Shown here: positions 26,603 through 34,743 of the stretch, piece after piece
Position numbering within the stretch: position 1 is the first letter of the stretch
How the letters are laid out: every line of letters begins with the position of its first letter
NCBI GenBank assembly: GCA_937892945.1
Contig: CALBIL010000096.1
Span: 52,489 to 116,488, forward strand
DNA: 64,000 nucleotides
Source of the DNA: an uncultured euryarchaeote
Lineage (GTDB): Archaea > Thermoplasmatota > Poseidoniia > Poseidoniales > Poseidoniaceae
Reading direction: 5' to 3'
Notes under the pieces: generated by a model
Database searches by the model: none
What the model was told of the DNA's origin: nothing
What the model saw: only the letters and a program-made list of their open reading frames with translations
Translations under genes and position numbers: made by a program

Positions 26603-27616
26603 CTAGACGGCCCATGTCACCTGAGTTTGGTCGGTGCGGAGATACTGTTCAACACCACTTTCTTCATACGGTGTCTGCCTTCCATTGTCGAGTTCAATTC
26701 TCCCGAGTAGTGCAATCATCGTCCCATTGTCTATGCAATACATCCTTGGAGGTGCGTGCGATGTTGATTCGCGCTCTTCTGCCATTTGCTCACACATGGT
26801 TCTCAAACGAGAATTACATGCAACTCCACCACCTAAGAGCAGCTCTTTCTTACCAGTATGGGAAAGTGCACGTTCGGCAACTTCGACACATGCTGCAAAA
26901 GCATGCTCTTGCAAAGACCAACAAACTGCTCCGAGTTCAGCTCCATTTTCAATAAGGCGTTGTGCTGCAGTCATAACTCCGGAAAATGCCAAGTCCATGC
27001 CACGTACTGCAAATGGCAATTCAAGTCCGTTTAAAGAAGGGTTATCTTGGAGTGCCAGCCATTCTGCCGCAAGTTTTTCGATGACTGGTCCGCCAGGAAA
27101 TGGAATACCTTGGACCCGTGCAAATTTATCGAGCATGTTTCCAATTCCAATATCAAGAGTTTCACCTAAAACCCGATATTTACCATCGAGGTGAGCAATC
27201 ACTTGGGTATTTCCACCAGACACGTAGAGGAGTACTGGATCGTTACAGCCGCATTGTTGCCTACCGATTTCTATGTGCGCAACACAATGGTTCACGCCGA
27301 TCAAAGGAACCGATAAACGGCTCGATATCCCACGTGCAATTGCTGCTCCAACACGCAAACATGGGCCTAAGCCTGGGCCTTGCGAGAAGGAAACTGCACC
27401 GATGTCGGTTGGTGATAATTGATATGTTTCGAGTAATGAAGTAAACAAAGAATGAGCAACTTCTTTGTGGTGGTCTGCAGCCTCTCTCGGGTGAATTCCC
27501 CCTTTATCTGGACGAACTGTATCGGAACAGGCTGGATGTGGGTTCCCATCAGAATCGACTAATCCAAACGACAGTGTATGTGCCGTTGATTCAATACCAA
27601 GTGTCCAGCCACCCAT
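26603..27616 (-). CDS. kae1: tRNA N6-adenosine threonylcarbamoyltransferase Kae1 (KEOPS catalytic subunit)
   Basis: LGIESTAHTLSFGLV, GGIHPREAADHH, GVNHCVAHIE and GGVACNSRLR. Confidence 0.95.
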   Translation of the reverse strand: MGGWTLGIESTAHTLSFGLVDSDGNPHPACSDTVRPDKGGIHPREAADHHKEVAHSLFTSLLETYQLSPTDIGAVSFSQGPGLGPCLRVGAAIARGISSRLSVPLIGVNHCVAHIEIGRQQCGCNDPVLLYVSGGNTQVIAHLDGKYRVLGETLDIGIGNMLDKFARVQGIPFPGGPVIEKLAAEWLALQDNPSLNGLELPFAVRGMDLAFSGVMTAAQRLIENGAELGAVCWSLQEHAFAACVEVAERALSHTGKKELLLGGGVACNSRLRTMCEQMAEERESTSHAPPRMYCIDNGTMIALLGRIELDNGRQTPYEESGVEQYLRTDQTQVTWAV

Positions 27617-27674
27617 CTCAATCGTCTATGCCAGAGAGCCATTGTTCTTCAACCCTCAGCCTCTCGCAGTTAAT

Positions 27675-28949
27675 ATGCGCACAGTCTTCCTAGATGTTGG
27701 GCCACTCGCACATTTGGCCGGAAACGGGTCATTGCAAGGGCATTCAATTCTGGATTCAAATGAATTAATCGCCGCTCCAGGCATGGGCATTGTGGTTATG
27801 GACGACACTATTGAAAAAATCGCACCATCGGCAGAAATCCAGGATGAATATGGTGCTGCGGACAGTAGTCAAACGGATTTATCGGAAGTTACTGTGCTTT
27901 CGTTAAATGGAAAAGCAGTCATACCCGGTTTGGTTGACGGTCACACACATTTGTTATGGGCAGGAGACCGTTCTCGAGAACTCTCATGGAGGCATTCTGG
28001 GAAGTCGTACAAGGAAATCTCGAATTTAGGTGGCGGGATTCAAGACACGGTCAAATCAACATCTCAAGCAACAGATGAACATCTTTTGCAACTTGGTTAT
28101 GCGCGAATGCGTTCATCACTCCGTTCGGGAACCACACACCTTGAGGCAAAAAGCGGATACGGCCTGACTACCGAATCAGAATTGAGATTATTACGAATTG
28201 CATCACAACTGCAATCGATGGACCATCTCCCGTCACTCGATTTGACATGGCTCGGCGCTCATGACACGCCAGCTGGGATGAACACAAACCAGTATGTTGA
28301 ACACATATTATCTGAACAATTACCCAGTGTGTTGGAACAAGGATTCGCCCGTTCTGCAGATGTGTTTTGTGAGCCGGGTTGGTTCACAATCGAACAATCA
28401 GAAGATATTCTCAAATCATCCCGAGCAGGAGGTCTTGAACTCCGTATGCACATCGATGAGTTCTCCGATGGTGGAGGGGGAGGCCTGGCTACAGAACTCA
28501 AGGTGACAACGGCCGATCATGCGCATTATACAAATCATGAATCGAGAATGGAAATGGAATCAGCTGGGGTAAATACTGGATTTTTACCAGGAACTCCATA
28601 CGCCATGGGATCACAATGGCCAAACTTCAATGATGCAATTGAAAATGATTTCACTTGGAGTATAGCGACAGACTTCAATCCGAATTGCAAAACATTGAGT
28701 ATGCCTTTTTTGGGCTCCCTTCTCTCACAACGTTGTTCAGTCCACCCACTTGCTGCACTTGTAGCAGCTACAAGGAACCCTTCCGAAACTACACCACACC
28801 CTTCTGGAAAGGTGCATGGCAGAATCCAAGAAGGTGGAATCGCAAATTTCAACGTACTCAATGCACCTTATTGGGAAGCATGGTGTATGCAACCATCCGA
28901 GACTCCATTTATTTCTACATGCTTGAATGGAAAATTAATCCATCATTGA
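27675..28949 (+). CDS. hutI: imidazolonepropionase
   Basis: PGLVDGHTHLLWAGDRSRE, EAKSGYGL and HIDEFSD... are amidohydrolase motifs in HutI order. The track start 27642 is TTG, so I trimmed it to ATG 27675. Confidence 0.9.
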   Translation: MRTVFLDVGPLAHLAGNGSLQGHSILDSNELIAAPGMGIVVMDDTIEKIAPSAEIQDEYGAADSSQTDLSEVTVLSLNGKAVIPGLVDGHTHLLWAGDRSRELSWRHSGKSYKEISNLGGGIQDTVKSTSQATDEHLLQLGYARMRSSLRSGTTHLEAKSGYGLTTESELRLLRIASQLQSMDHLPSLDLTWLGAHDTPAGMNTNQYVEHILSEQLPSVLEQGFARSADVFCEPGWFTIEQSEDILKSSRAGGLELRMHIDEFSDGGGGGLATELKVTTADHAHYTNHESRMEMESAGVNTGFLPGTPYAMGSQWPNFNDAIENDFTWSIATDFNPNCKTLSMPFLGSLLSQRCSVHPLAALVAATRNPSETTPHPSGKVHGRIQEGGIANFNVLNAPYWEAWCMQPSETPFISTCLNGKLIHH

Positions 28950-29000
28950 TTTATATCTAATTGCATTTTAAAATATATTTGATAGTATTCGTTTACAAAG

Positions 29001-29354
29001 GTGATTAAAGTGAAAATCAATATGGTACTTATTGAAACTGTAGTCTGTTCAGGTGCTCCTGGGAAAGAAGCTCGATTTAAGAGAATGCTCAACGTACGCC
29101 AAGAGTATAAACGCAGACAACCAGGTTGTCTCGCTGCTTGGATCGCACAATCGACTGATGGGCAAGGATTGTTTCTGGTTCATTCGGTGTTTCAAGATAA
29201 AAAGTCATGGAAACGGATTTCTAAATCGATCGTGGAAAAGCTCGATTCGAAAGATGGTGGCTTAGAAAGCGTGATCGGAGGTCCGCCACTTGTTGGAATG
29301 TTCGAAACTCCACTTTCTGCTTTGAACCTCGCCGGTACTATGGATCTCGAGTGA
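29001..29354 (+). CDS. small hypothetical protein, possibly ABM/dimeric alpha-beta-barrel fold
   Basis: MVLIETVVCSGAPGKEARFKRML...LFLVHSVFQDKKSWKRI looks ABM-like. Start ambiguous between GTG 29001, GTG 29010 (AGGTGA 5 nt upstream) and ATG 29022. Confidence 0.4.
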   Translation: MIKVKINMVLIETVVCSGAPGKEARFKRMLNVRQEYKRRQPGCLAAWIAQSTDGQGLFLVHSVFQDKKSWKRISKSIVEKLDSKDGGLESVIGGPPLVGMFETPLSALNLAGTMDLE

Positions 29355-29620
29355 ATTACCGTGCACCGTTATGTCGCATAATGTATGTTATACGACATTG
29401 TCCCGGAGAGCTTGGATTTAAAATTTCGAGTAGATACGACAATAACGTCTCAGTGGCCTCTTTTGAGTCGCACTTCTAATCACAGAGTTCACTTTTTATG
29501 AAATATTGACGCAAAGTAGGGGGTCGGAGTGGTAAAAACTCTCAAAAAGTCCAACCTATCTTCGAACACGTAGTTTACGAAGAATCTAAGGCGAACTACT
29601 CTGTGCGAAGAACGATTCTC

Positions 29621-29773
29621 ATGGATGTTGTTGAAGGATTCTGCCTGAAGTGCAAAACATATGGGCCAATTAAAGACGGTCAGCTCATAAAAATGAAAAA
29701 CGGTAGAACACGAATGGGCGGTGTTTGTTCACAGCCTGGATGTACTGGCAAGATTTCCAAGATCGTGAGTTGA
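29621..29773 (+). CDS. small zinc-ribbon protein, DUF5679-like (50 aa, absent from ORF track)
   Basis: My own translation is MDVVEGFCLKCKTYGPIKDGQLIKMKNGRTRMGGVCSQPGCTGKISKIVS, with CxxC ... CxxxC. The stop is at 29771-29773. Confidence 0.7.
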   Translation: MDVVEGFCLKCKTYGPIKDGQLIKMKNGRTRMGGVCSQPGCTGKISKIVS

Positions 29774-29831
29774 ATTCACCTGCCTACACCGATGTGGTTT
29801 AATACACCGTTTCAGTGGACAGGCTACCTAG

Positions 29832-29907
29832 GGGTTCGTGGTCTAGGGGTTATGACGTCGCCTTGACATGGCGAAGATCGAGAGTTCAATTCTCTCCGAA
29901 CCCACCA
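29832..29907 (+). tRNA. tRNA-Val (anticodon GAC), CCA encoded
   Basis: Folded by hand. Acceptor GGGTTCG/CGAACCC, anticodon stem TCGCC/GGCGA with loop TTGACAT, T arm GAGAG-TTCAATT-CTCTC, 5-nt variable loop, discriminator A, then CCA. Confidence 0.95.
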
Positions 29908-29996
29908 TTTCAACACATCAATTACATGAGTTTTGTCTAAAAGCCTTACAATTGTCAATTGATTTTAAAACCAATGCAAAAGGGATACGAGTGAAC

Positions 29997-30362
29997 TCAT
30001 TCCGAGAGATTCTCTGGTTCTGGAAGTTCAAGTTCATCGATATCGATTATCGATAATGGTTTTTCTTTTTCGTCAGACATTGAAAAGTCAGTCGAACCCC
30101 CTTCCCATGAAGCAATCTTCTCGCTTTCTTCGAATTCCTCTTCAGGTATTGCATGCTGATCTGAGATCGAATAGAGTGAAGGGTCGATAATCTCGCGCTC
30201 ATGGTTTGAACTTGGAAGGGGGGCTTCGCGTTCCTCGAGATGAATCCCCGAATGGAAGGTCCCACATTCCGAACAGCGAATACTGCCAATTTGTTCAATA
30301 CAGCCGCAAACCGGGCACGATGATTTACCCTTTAAAGACTCAAGTGGGTCGTGAGAGGGCAT
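29997..30362 (-). CDS. small acidic zinc-ribbon protein (121 aa)
   Basis: CPVCGCIEQIGSIRCSECG ribbon followed by a D/E-rich tail. ATG 30362 lies 4 nt after the stop of the EF-hand gene. The track start 30377 is TTG. Confidence 0.55.
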   Translation of the reverse strand: MPSHDPLESLKGKSSCPVCGCIEQIGSIRCSECGTFHSGIHLEEREAPLPSSNHEREIIDPSLYSISDQHAIPEEEFEESEKIASWEGGSTDFSMSDEKEKPLSIIDIDELELPEPENLSE

Positions 30363-30366
30363 CCTT

Positions 30367-32229
30367 TCACTCCACAAACATGTCTTCTTGATAGCCTGTT
30401 ACAAGGTCTCCAGTTCCATCTTCTTTGATAGTTACTGTCTCCTCGTCATCGTCAAACTCAATAATAACTCCAAAGACTTCCTCGTCATCTAACGAGATTC
30501 CGACGTGTGATCCAATGTCAATATCGTCAGCATCCCCATCATCGTCAACATCTTGTTCTTCTTCTGAATCTTCATCGTGTTCTTCTTCGGAATCTTCATC
30601 GGATTCATCTTCAGAATCTTCATCGTGTTCTTCTTCAGTATCTTCATCGGATTCATCATCAGAATCTTCATCGTTTGATTCTTCTGAACGAGCTTCATCG
30701 GTATCATCTTCGACTTCTTTCATAGCTTTGGCACGTGCTCGCCATCCAGGCACTACAGCGAGGTGAGTCGCAAGTGAGGCAAGAAGTCCAAGGCCACCAA
30801 GAACCATCATTATTATTCCATCTGCATAGAATCCGGCAGGCATCGACGAGGCCTCTCCGGAGAATGGAGTGAGTGAGTTTTTACATTCACCAACTTGAAC
30901 AGACGGGTCACAGGGATAGATATCACCTACAAGAATTTCGTTATGAGGGAGGCCGTATGCCGTTTCTAAGGCAACATTACCGCCAGTACCGTCTACAGCT
31001 AACGGTCCTATTCCGCCAAGTCCGTTGATTAGCCATGCAGCAATGAAAAGTCCAAATGCCAAATGAATGAGTGGCCAAATGATATCATTCCATTGCTTGC
31101 CCATCATTTTCCGTTGCATTTCAGTAGGGAATGGTTTGTCAACCTTCTTTGAAAGTCTCGAATCGTCATCGACTGCATCATCTGCATCTTCTAAAGATTC
31201 AAGCGCAGTAACGAATTCAATTATATCGATAGCACCGTCACCATCATCGTCAACATTTACAAGGAATGACTCAATGTCTTTCGAACTGACTTCAGAGTCA
31301 ATAAGTACTTCGATAGCGTTGGTAAATTCCTCTACAGTAACATTTCCATCGCCGTCTTTGTCGAGTGAATTGAAGAACCGACTTGGTGAATCGCCAGATT
31401 CATCCATGGCATCGGATATCAGATGTAACAATGAAATCGATTCGAATGTTTCTTCCTCGTCCTCCTCGTCCTCCTCGTCAACTTCTTCTTCATCGAAATC
31501 ATCTTCCATTTCTTCAAGGTCGGAGTCCTCATAATCTTCCGCGTTGTCAGATTCTTCATCAACTTCGGGTTCGAGTTCCGAGTCCTCAAATTCGTCATCA
31601 TCTTCCGATGAGTGTTCATCGTCAGGGTCATCGCCTTCTTCATCGTGTTCAGATTCTTCATCTTCCGCAGTTTCACTCTCAGTTTCGAGTTCGTCTTCAA
31701 TCGGGTCATCACTCGTTGCATCTTCCTCGACGTCCTTGAGAGGTGTACTTGCTTCATCCGAATCGCTCGAGTACGACTCGCCCGTGATTGTTTCATGTAA
31801 TTCGCCGAGGTCAATTTGACCATCGCCATCTTCATCGATTGTTTTTATTAAGCGTTCAACTTGCGAGGGTGGTAAATCAGCTAATTTAAGGCTAAGTAAA
31901 CCGGATTTCAATTCAGCCGAGTCGATTAATCCATCTCCGTCAGTATCGAACTTCTTGAAAAGGATCGGAATTGTGATTCCCGTCTCAGTAAGCCATTTTC
32001 TCAAGACATCAACGACGTCATCCGCAACAAATATTGTACCACAATGGCTGCATTTGGTTGAGTCTAAAGGCACGAGACCGTTACATGCGCCACATTCACC
32101 AAGTGATTCATCAGATACGCCGGAAAATGAAATATCACATTCAGGGCAGTTCTCGGAATTGAGTGGGACGATGGCCCTACATGCTCCACATTCGGCCATT
32201 GCAATTTCTTCTTTGGTTTCGTCAGACAT
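30367..32229 (-). CDS. membrane protein with double zinc ribbon, four EF-hand Ca2+-binding loops, polyacidic linkers and two TM helices
   Basis: Two CxxC...CxxC ribbons. EF loops DTDGDGLIDSAE, DEDGDGQIDLGE, DKDGDGNVTVEE and DDDGDGAIDIIE. Hydrophobic spans IIWPLIHLAFGLFIAAWLINGLGGIGPL and GIIMMVLGGLGLLASLATHLAVV. I prefer ATG 32229 (AGGTG 5 nt upstream) to ATG 32250. Confidence 0.8.
   Translation of the reverse strand: MSDETKEEIAMAECGACRAIVPLNSENCPECDISFSGVSDESLGECGACNGLVPLDSTKCSHCGTIFVADDVVDVLRKWLTETGITIPILFKKFDTDGDGLIDSAELKSGLLSLKLADLPPSQVERLIKTIDEDGDGQIDLGELHETITGESYSSDSDEASTPLKDVEEDATSDDPIEDELETESETAEDEESEHDEEGDDPDDEHSSEDDDEFEDSELEPEVDEESDNAEDYEDSDLEEMEDDFDEEEVDEEDEEDEEETFESISLLHLISDAMDESGDSPSRFFNSLDKDGDGNVTVEEFTNAIEVLIDSEVSSKDIESFLVNVDDDGDGAIDIIEFVTALESLEDADDAVDDDSRLSKKVDKPFPTEMQRKMMGKQWNDIIWPLIHLAFGLFIAAWLINGLGGIGPLAVDGTGGNVALETAYGLPHNEILVGDIYPCDPSVQVGECKNSLTPFSGEASSMPAGFYADGIIMMVLGGLGLLASLATHLAVVPGWRARAKAMKEVEDDTDEARSEESNDEDSDDESDEDTEEEHDEDSEDESDEDSEEEHDEDSEEEQDVDDDGDADDIDIGSHVGISLDDEEVFGVIIEFDDDEETVTIKEDGTGDLVTGYQEDMFVE
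30553..30672. repeat. about 48-nt tandem repeat (about 2.5 copies) encoding an EEEHDEDSEDESDEDS-type acidic tract
   Basis: GAATCTTCATCGTGTTCTTCTTC recurs at 30566 and 30614, and ATCTTCATCGG recurs at 30592 and 30640. Both give a 48-nt period. Confidence 0.7.
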
Positions 32230-32284
32230 TACCACACCTGCTCCTCCCATTGCATCTTCGGATATAATGATTCATAGACTTTGA

Positions 32285-33199
32285 ATGATGAACTCGCAAT
32301 ACGAGCAGTCGTATGCGCGGGGTGAGACGATCGAAAAAGGAAGAATATTTACCACAGAATTCGTGAGTGATGATGAAACGCTCGGCTGGGTTGACAAAGA
32401 AAGTCAATCAACCGAGGAACACATACTCTTGTTTTCGCGATTGCCTCATCGGCGGTTACTTGAGCACCTTGATATCAATTCAGTCGAAGCATATTGGCTC
32501 ACAGAAAGGGCTACTGAAGGCGCAATCCGTCCAGATATGATTGATATCCGAAACCTTATCGTGGGTCATCTTTCGAATCATGCCGGAATTGTAATTCTCG
32601 AAGGACTTGAATGGCTCATGACTCTTCATGGCGAAGATGCTGTTCTTTCATTCGTGCGAGAACTTCGCGAGTCCGTTTATAGAACTCAATGGTCAATCGT
32701 CATGCCAATCCGTTCATTAGCATTCGAAGCACTTTGGTTGGCGCGACTGCGCCGTGAAGCTCCAGCAACGAACCTTACATTACCAAATCGAGATACTGAA
32801 AGTGTGATGCATGCCGATATCGATTCTGCAGAGGTTATTGATGCTGAAATTGCATTAAAACCCATGGAAGTATTCGAAGATGGCTCGCCGCATTTGGTAA
32901 TGTTGTCGAGATTACCATCGACTGGGTTTACACTCCCATTACTACGCAAACGCATACTCCAATGGAGAAGGATGGGTCTTGATGTCTCTGAAGCCGAGGC
33001 TGCGTTAAGTTTCAAACCTGATGAAGCCTACGCTTTGTATTCTCTTGTTGAAGAAAAAGTCAGAAGAGCCGTGGAATTGGAGCAACATCTCAATACTTCC
33101 TCGGCTGGATTTTCAGCAACGGATGAAGCAACTGCACGTTTCCGAATCCGACAACTTACTGGCCTTGACGAACTTGAGAAGCAATTCTTTGAAGATTAA
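32285..33199 (+). CDS. DUF835-like domain protein with helical C-terminal extension
   Basis: HILLFSRLPHRRLLEH...AYWLTE...IRPDMIDIRNLIVGHLSNHAGIVILEGLEWLMTLHGEDAVLSFVRELRESVYRTQWSIVMPI follows the DUF835 pattern as I remember it (xItR..P ... WLt ... vvLLdGlEyLi..ngfe.vl.fl..lrd). Not verified by HMM. Confidence 0.55.
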   Translation: MMNSQYEQSYARGETIEKGRIFTTEFVSDDETLGWVDKESQSTEEHILLFSRLPHRRLLEHLDINSVEAYWLTERATEGAIRPDMIDIRNLIVGHLSNHAGIVILEGLEWLMTLHGEDAVLSFVRELRESVYRTQWSIVMPIRSLAFEALWLARLRREAPATNLTLPNRDTESVMHADIDSAEVIDAEIALKPMEVFEDGSPHLVMLSRLPSTGFTLPLLRKRILQWRRMGLDVSEAEAALSFKPDEAYALYSLVEEKVRRAVELEQHLNTSSAGFSATDEATARFRIRQLTGLDELEKQFFED

Positions 33200-34743
33200 C
33201 GGGGTAGACGGCCTACTTCAGCCTCAACTCTCGCTAACCATGTCCCAGTAAGAAGTTCGTTGGCAACAGCAATAATGTCTGCGCTCGTACTTCGGTCTCC
33301 GTCCAATGGTTTGACGACTGTTCGAATTCGTTGCTTCATGGCACAGACCACTTTTGAAGGTTGCACTTCATTGAATTCTAATGCTTCACATGCTACAATA
33401 AACTCACAGGCCAATACCTCCGCAAGGCGATTGGTTGCTTGAAGTAAATTCCAACATGCAGTGGCACCCATACTGACATGGTCTTCCTGGCCGGCTGAGG
33501 TCGAGGTTGAAAAGATGGAACGCGGTCCCGCATGTCCGTGAAGCTCTCCGAGCGATGCACCTGCAACATATTGAACAATCATCAAACCCGATTCAAGGCC
33601 AGAATCTTTCGCTAAAAAAGCGGGTAATCCACTGCGAGCAGGATCGAGCATCTGGTCGATTCTACGTTCTGAAATGGACCCGAGTTCAAACATTGCAGCT
33701 GTCATTGAATCGGCAGTTAATGCTAACACTTCTCCGTGGAAATTACCTTGTGAGATCACTTCATGTGGCCCCGGATTAGAAATATCGGGGAATATAAGTG
33801 GGTTATCAGTTGCACTGTTTAATTCAATATCCAAAGTATTCTGCAGTGAAGTAAGTCGTTCGTATATGGCTCCGTGGACTTGTGGCGCACATCGGAATGA
33901 ATATGCATCTTGGACTTGTTCGCAATTCGAATGGGATTCTATTATCGGTGAATCTTTGAGAATTGCGCGTATACGTTGAGCGATTCGTACTTGGCCGGGG
34001 TGGGGTCGGGCATGGTGGACTCGTTCATCTGAAGGTTTGACACTTGCCTTACGTGCTTCGATTGAAGTACAAAGGGCAAGGTCTGCATAGACCAATAAAT
34101 CTGCGAGACGTTGTTCTGCTAAAACTAAAAAACTACACATCTGACTTGTCCCATTGATGAGAGATAATCCGTCTTTAGCACGCAATTCAAGTGGAATTAA
34201 ACCATGCTCTTTCATTTGATTCAATGTCGGTTCAGTCCCATGAGTATCTGACAATACCTCTCCTTCACCAATAAGGCTCAATGCCATGTGGGAAAGAGGG
34301 GCTAAGTCGCCACTTGCGCCAAGACTTCCAATACGAGGGATTGCCGGAGTAATGTTGTAATTGAGGAAATTAACTAATTGTTGTAACACTTCAGGATGAA
34401 CTCCAGAATTCCCTTTCGAAAGTGAGTTGATACGTACCGTCATCATAGCCCGTACTGCTTCTTTTGACATGAGTTCCCCAATTGCGGTTGCGTGTGAACG
34501 AACTAAGTTGGTTTGCAACTGCGCTAAGTCTTCCGAAGAAATACGTTGGTGGACAAGGGCGCCGAATCCAGTATTGATTCCATAGACTGTTTCATCGTTC
34601 GACAAAATTCTTTCAACAACGGAACGTGCTGCTTCGATGCGAGGGATAGCATCGAGCGATACAGATACCTGTGCTCCACCATGAGCAATTCGCATTACTT
34701 CTGCTGCTGTAAGTGTATGTCCATCAAGTGAAATAATTGTCAT
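33196..34743 (-). CDS. hutH: histidine ammonia-lyase
   Basis: GSLGASGDLAPLSHMA (the Ala-Ser-Gly MIO-forming triad). ATGA overlap with the hutU stop. Confidence 0.95.
   Translation of the reverse strand: MTIISLDGHTLTAAEVMRIAHGGAQVSVSLDAIPRIEAARSVVERILSNDETVYGINTGFGALVHQRISSEDLAQLQTNLVRSHATAIGELMSKEAVRAMMTVRINSLSKGNSGVHPEVLQQLVNFLNYNITPAIPRIGSLGASGDLAPLSHMALSLIGEGEVLSDTHGTEPTLNQMKEHGLIPLELRAKDGLSLINGTSQMCSFLVLAEQRLADLLVYADLALCTSIEARKASVKPSDERVHHARPHPGQVRIAQRIRAILKDSPIIESHSNCEQVQDAYSFRCAPQVHGAIYERLTSLQNTLDIELNSATDNPLIFPDISNPGPHEVISQGNFHGEVLALTADSMTAAMFELGSISERRIDQMLDPARSGLPAFLAKDSGLESGLMIVQYVAGASLGELHGHAGPRSIFSTSTSAGQEDHVSMGATACWNLLQATNRLAEVLACEFIVACEALEFNEVQPSKVVCAMKQRIRTVVKPLDGDRSTSADIIAVANELLTGTWLARVEAEVGRLPR

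Noticed and set aside
26614-27444. Plus-strand ORFs of 113-186 aa opposite kae1
   Set aside because: The antisense kae1 frame has unmistakable Kae1/OSGEP motifs. The plus-strand translations are Ser/Pro/Cys-rich nonsense.
29832-29907. tRNA-Val as an integration hotspot flanking a mobile island (EF-hand locus)
   Set aside because: I saw no integrase, transposase or phage-like gene in the neighbourhood, and noticed no duplicated copy of the tRNA 3' end. A systematic repeat search was not possible by eye.
29868-30056. 62-aa plus-strand ORF starting inside tRNA-Val
   Set aside because: It overlaps the 3' half of a well-folded tRNA and the 3' end of the convergent zinc-ribbon gene. It has no RBS or motif.
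30425-31819. Several long plus-strand ORFs (30425-30766, 30507-30725, 31067-31534, 31383-31739, 31544-31819), rich in Ser, or in His/Leu/Arg/Gln in the 30507-30725 and 31383-31739 frames, opposite the EF-hand gene
   Set aside because: They are the antisense reading of GAx-rich acidic codon runs. Low-complexity translations and the absence of stops are expected by-products. The minus-strand frame carries real motifs (EF-hands, TM helices).
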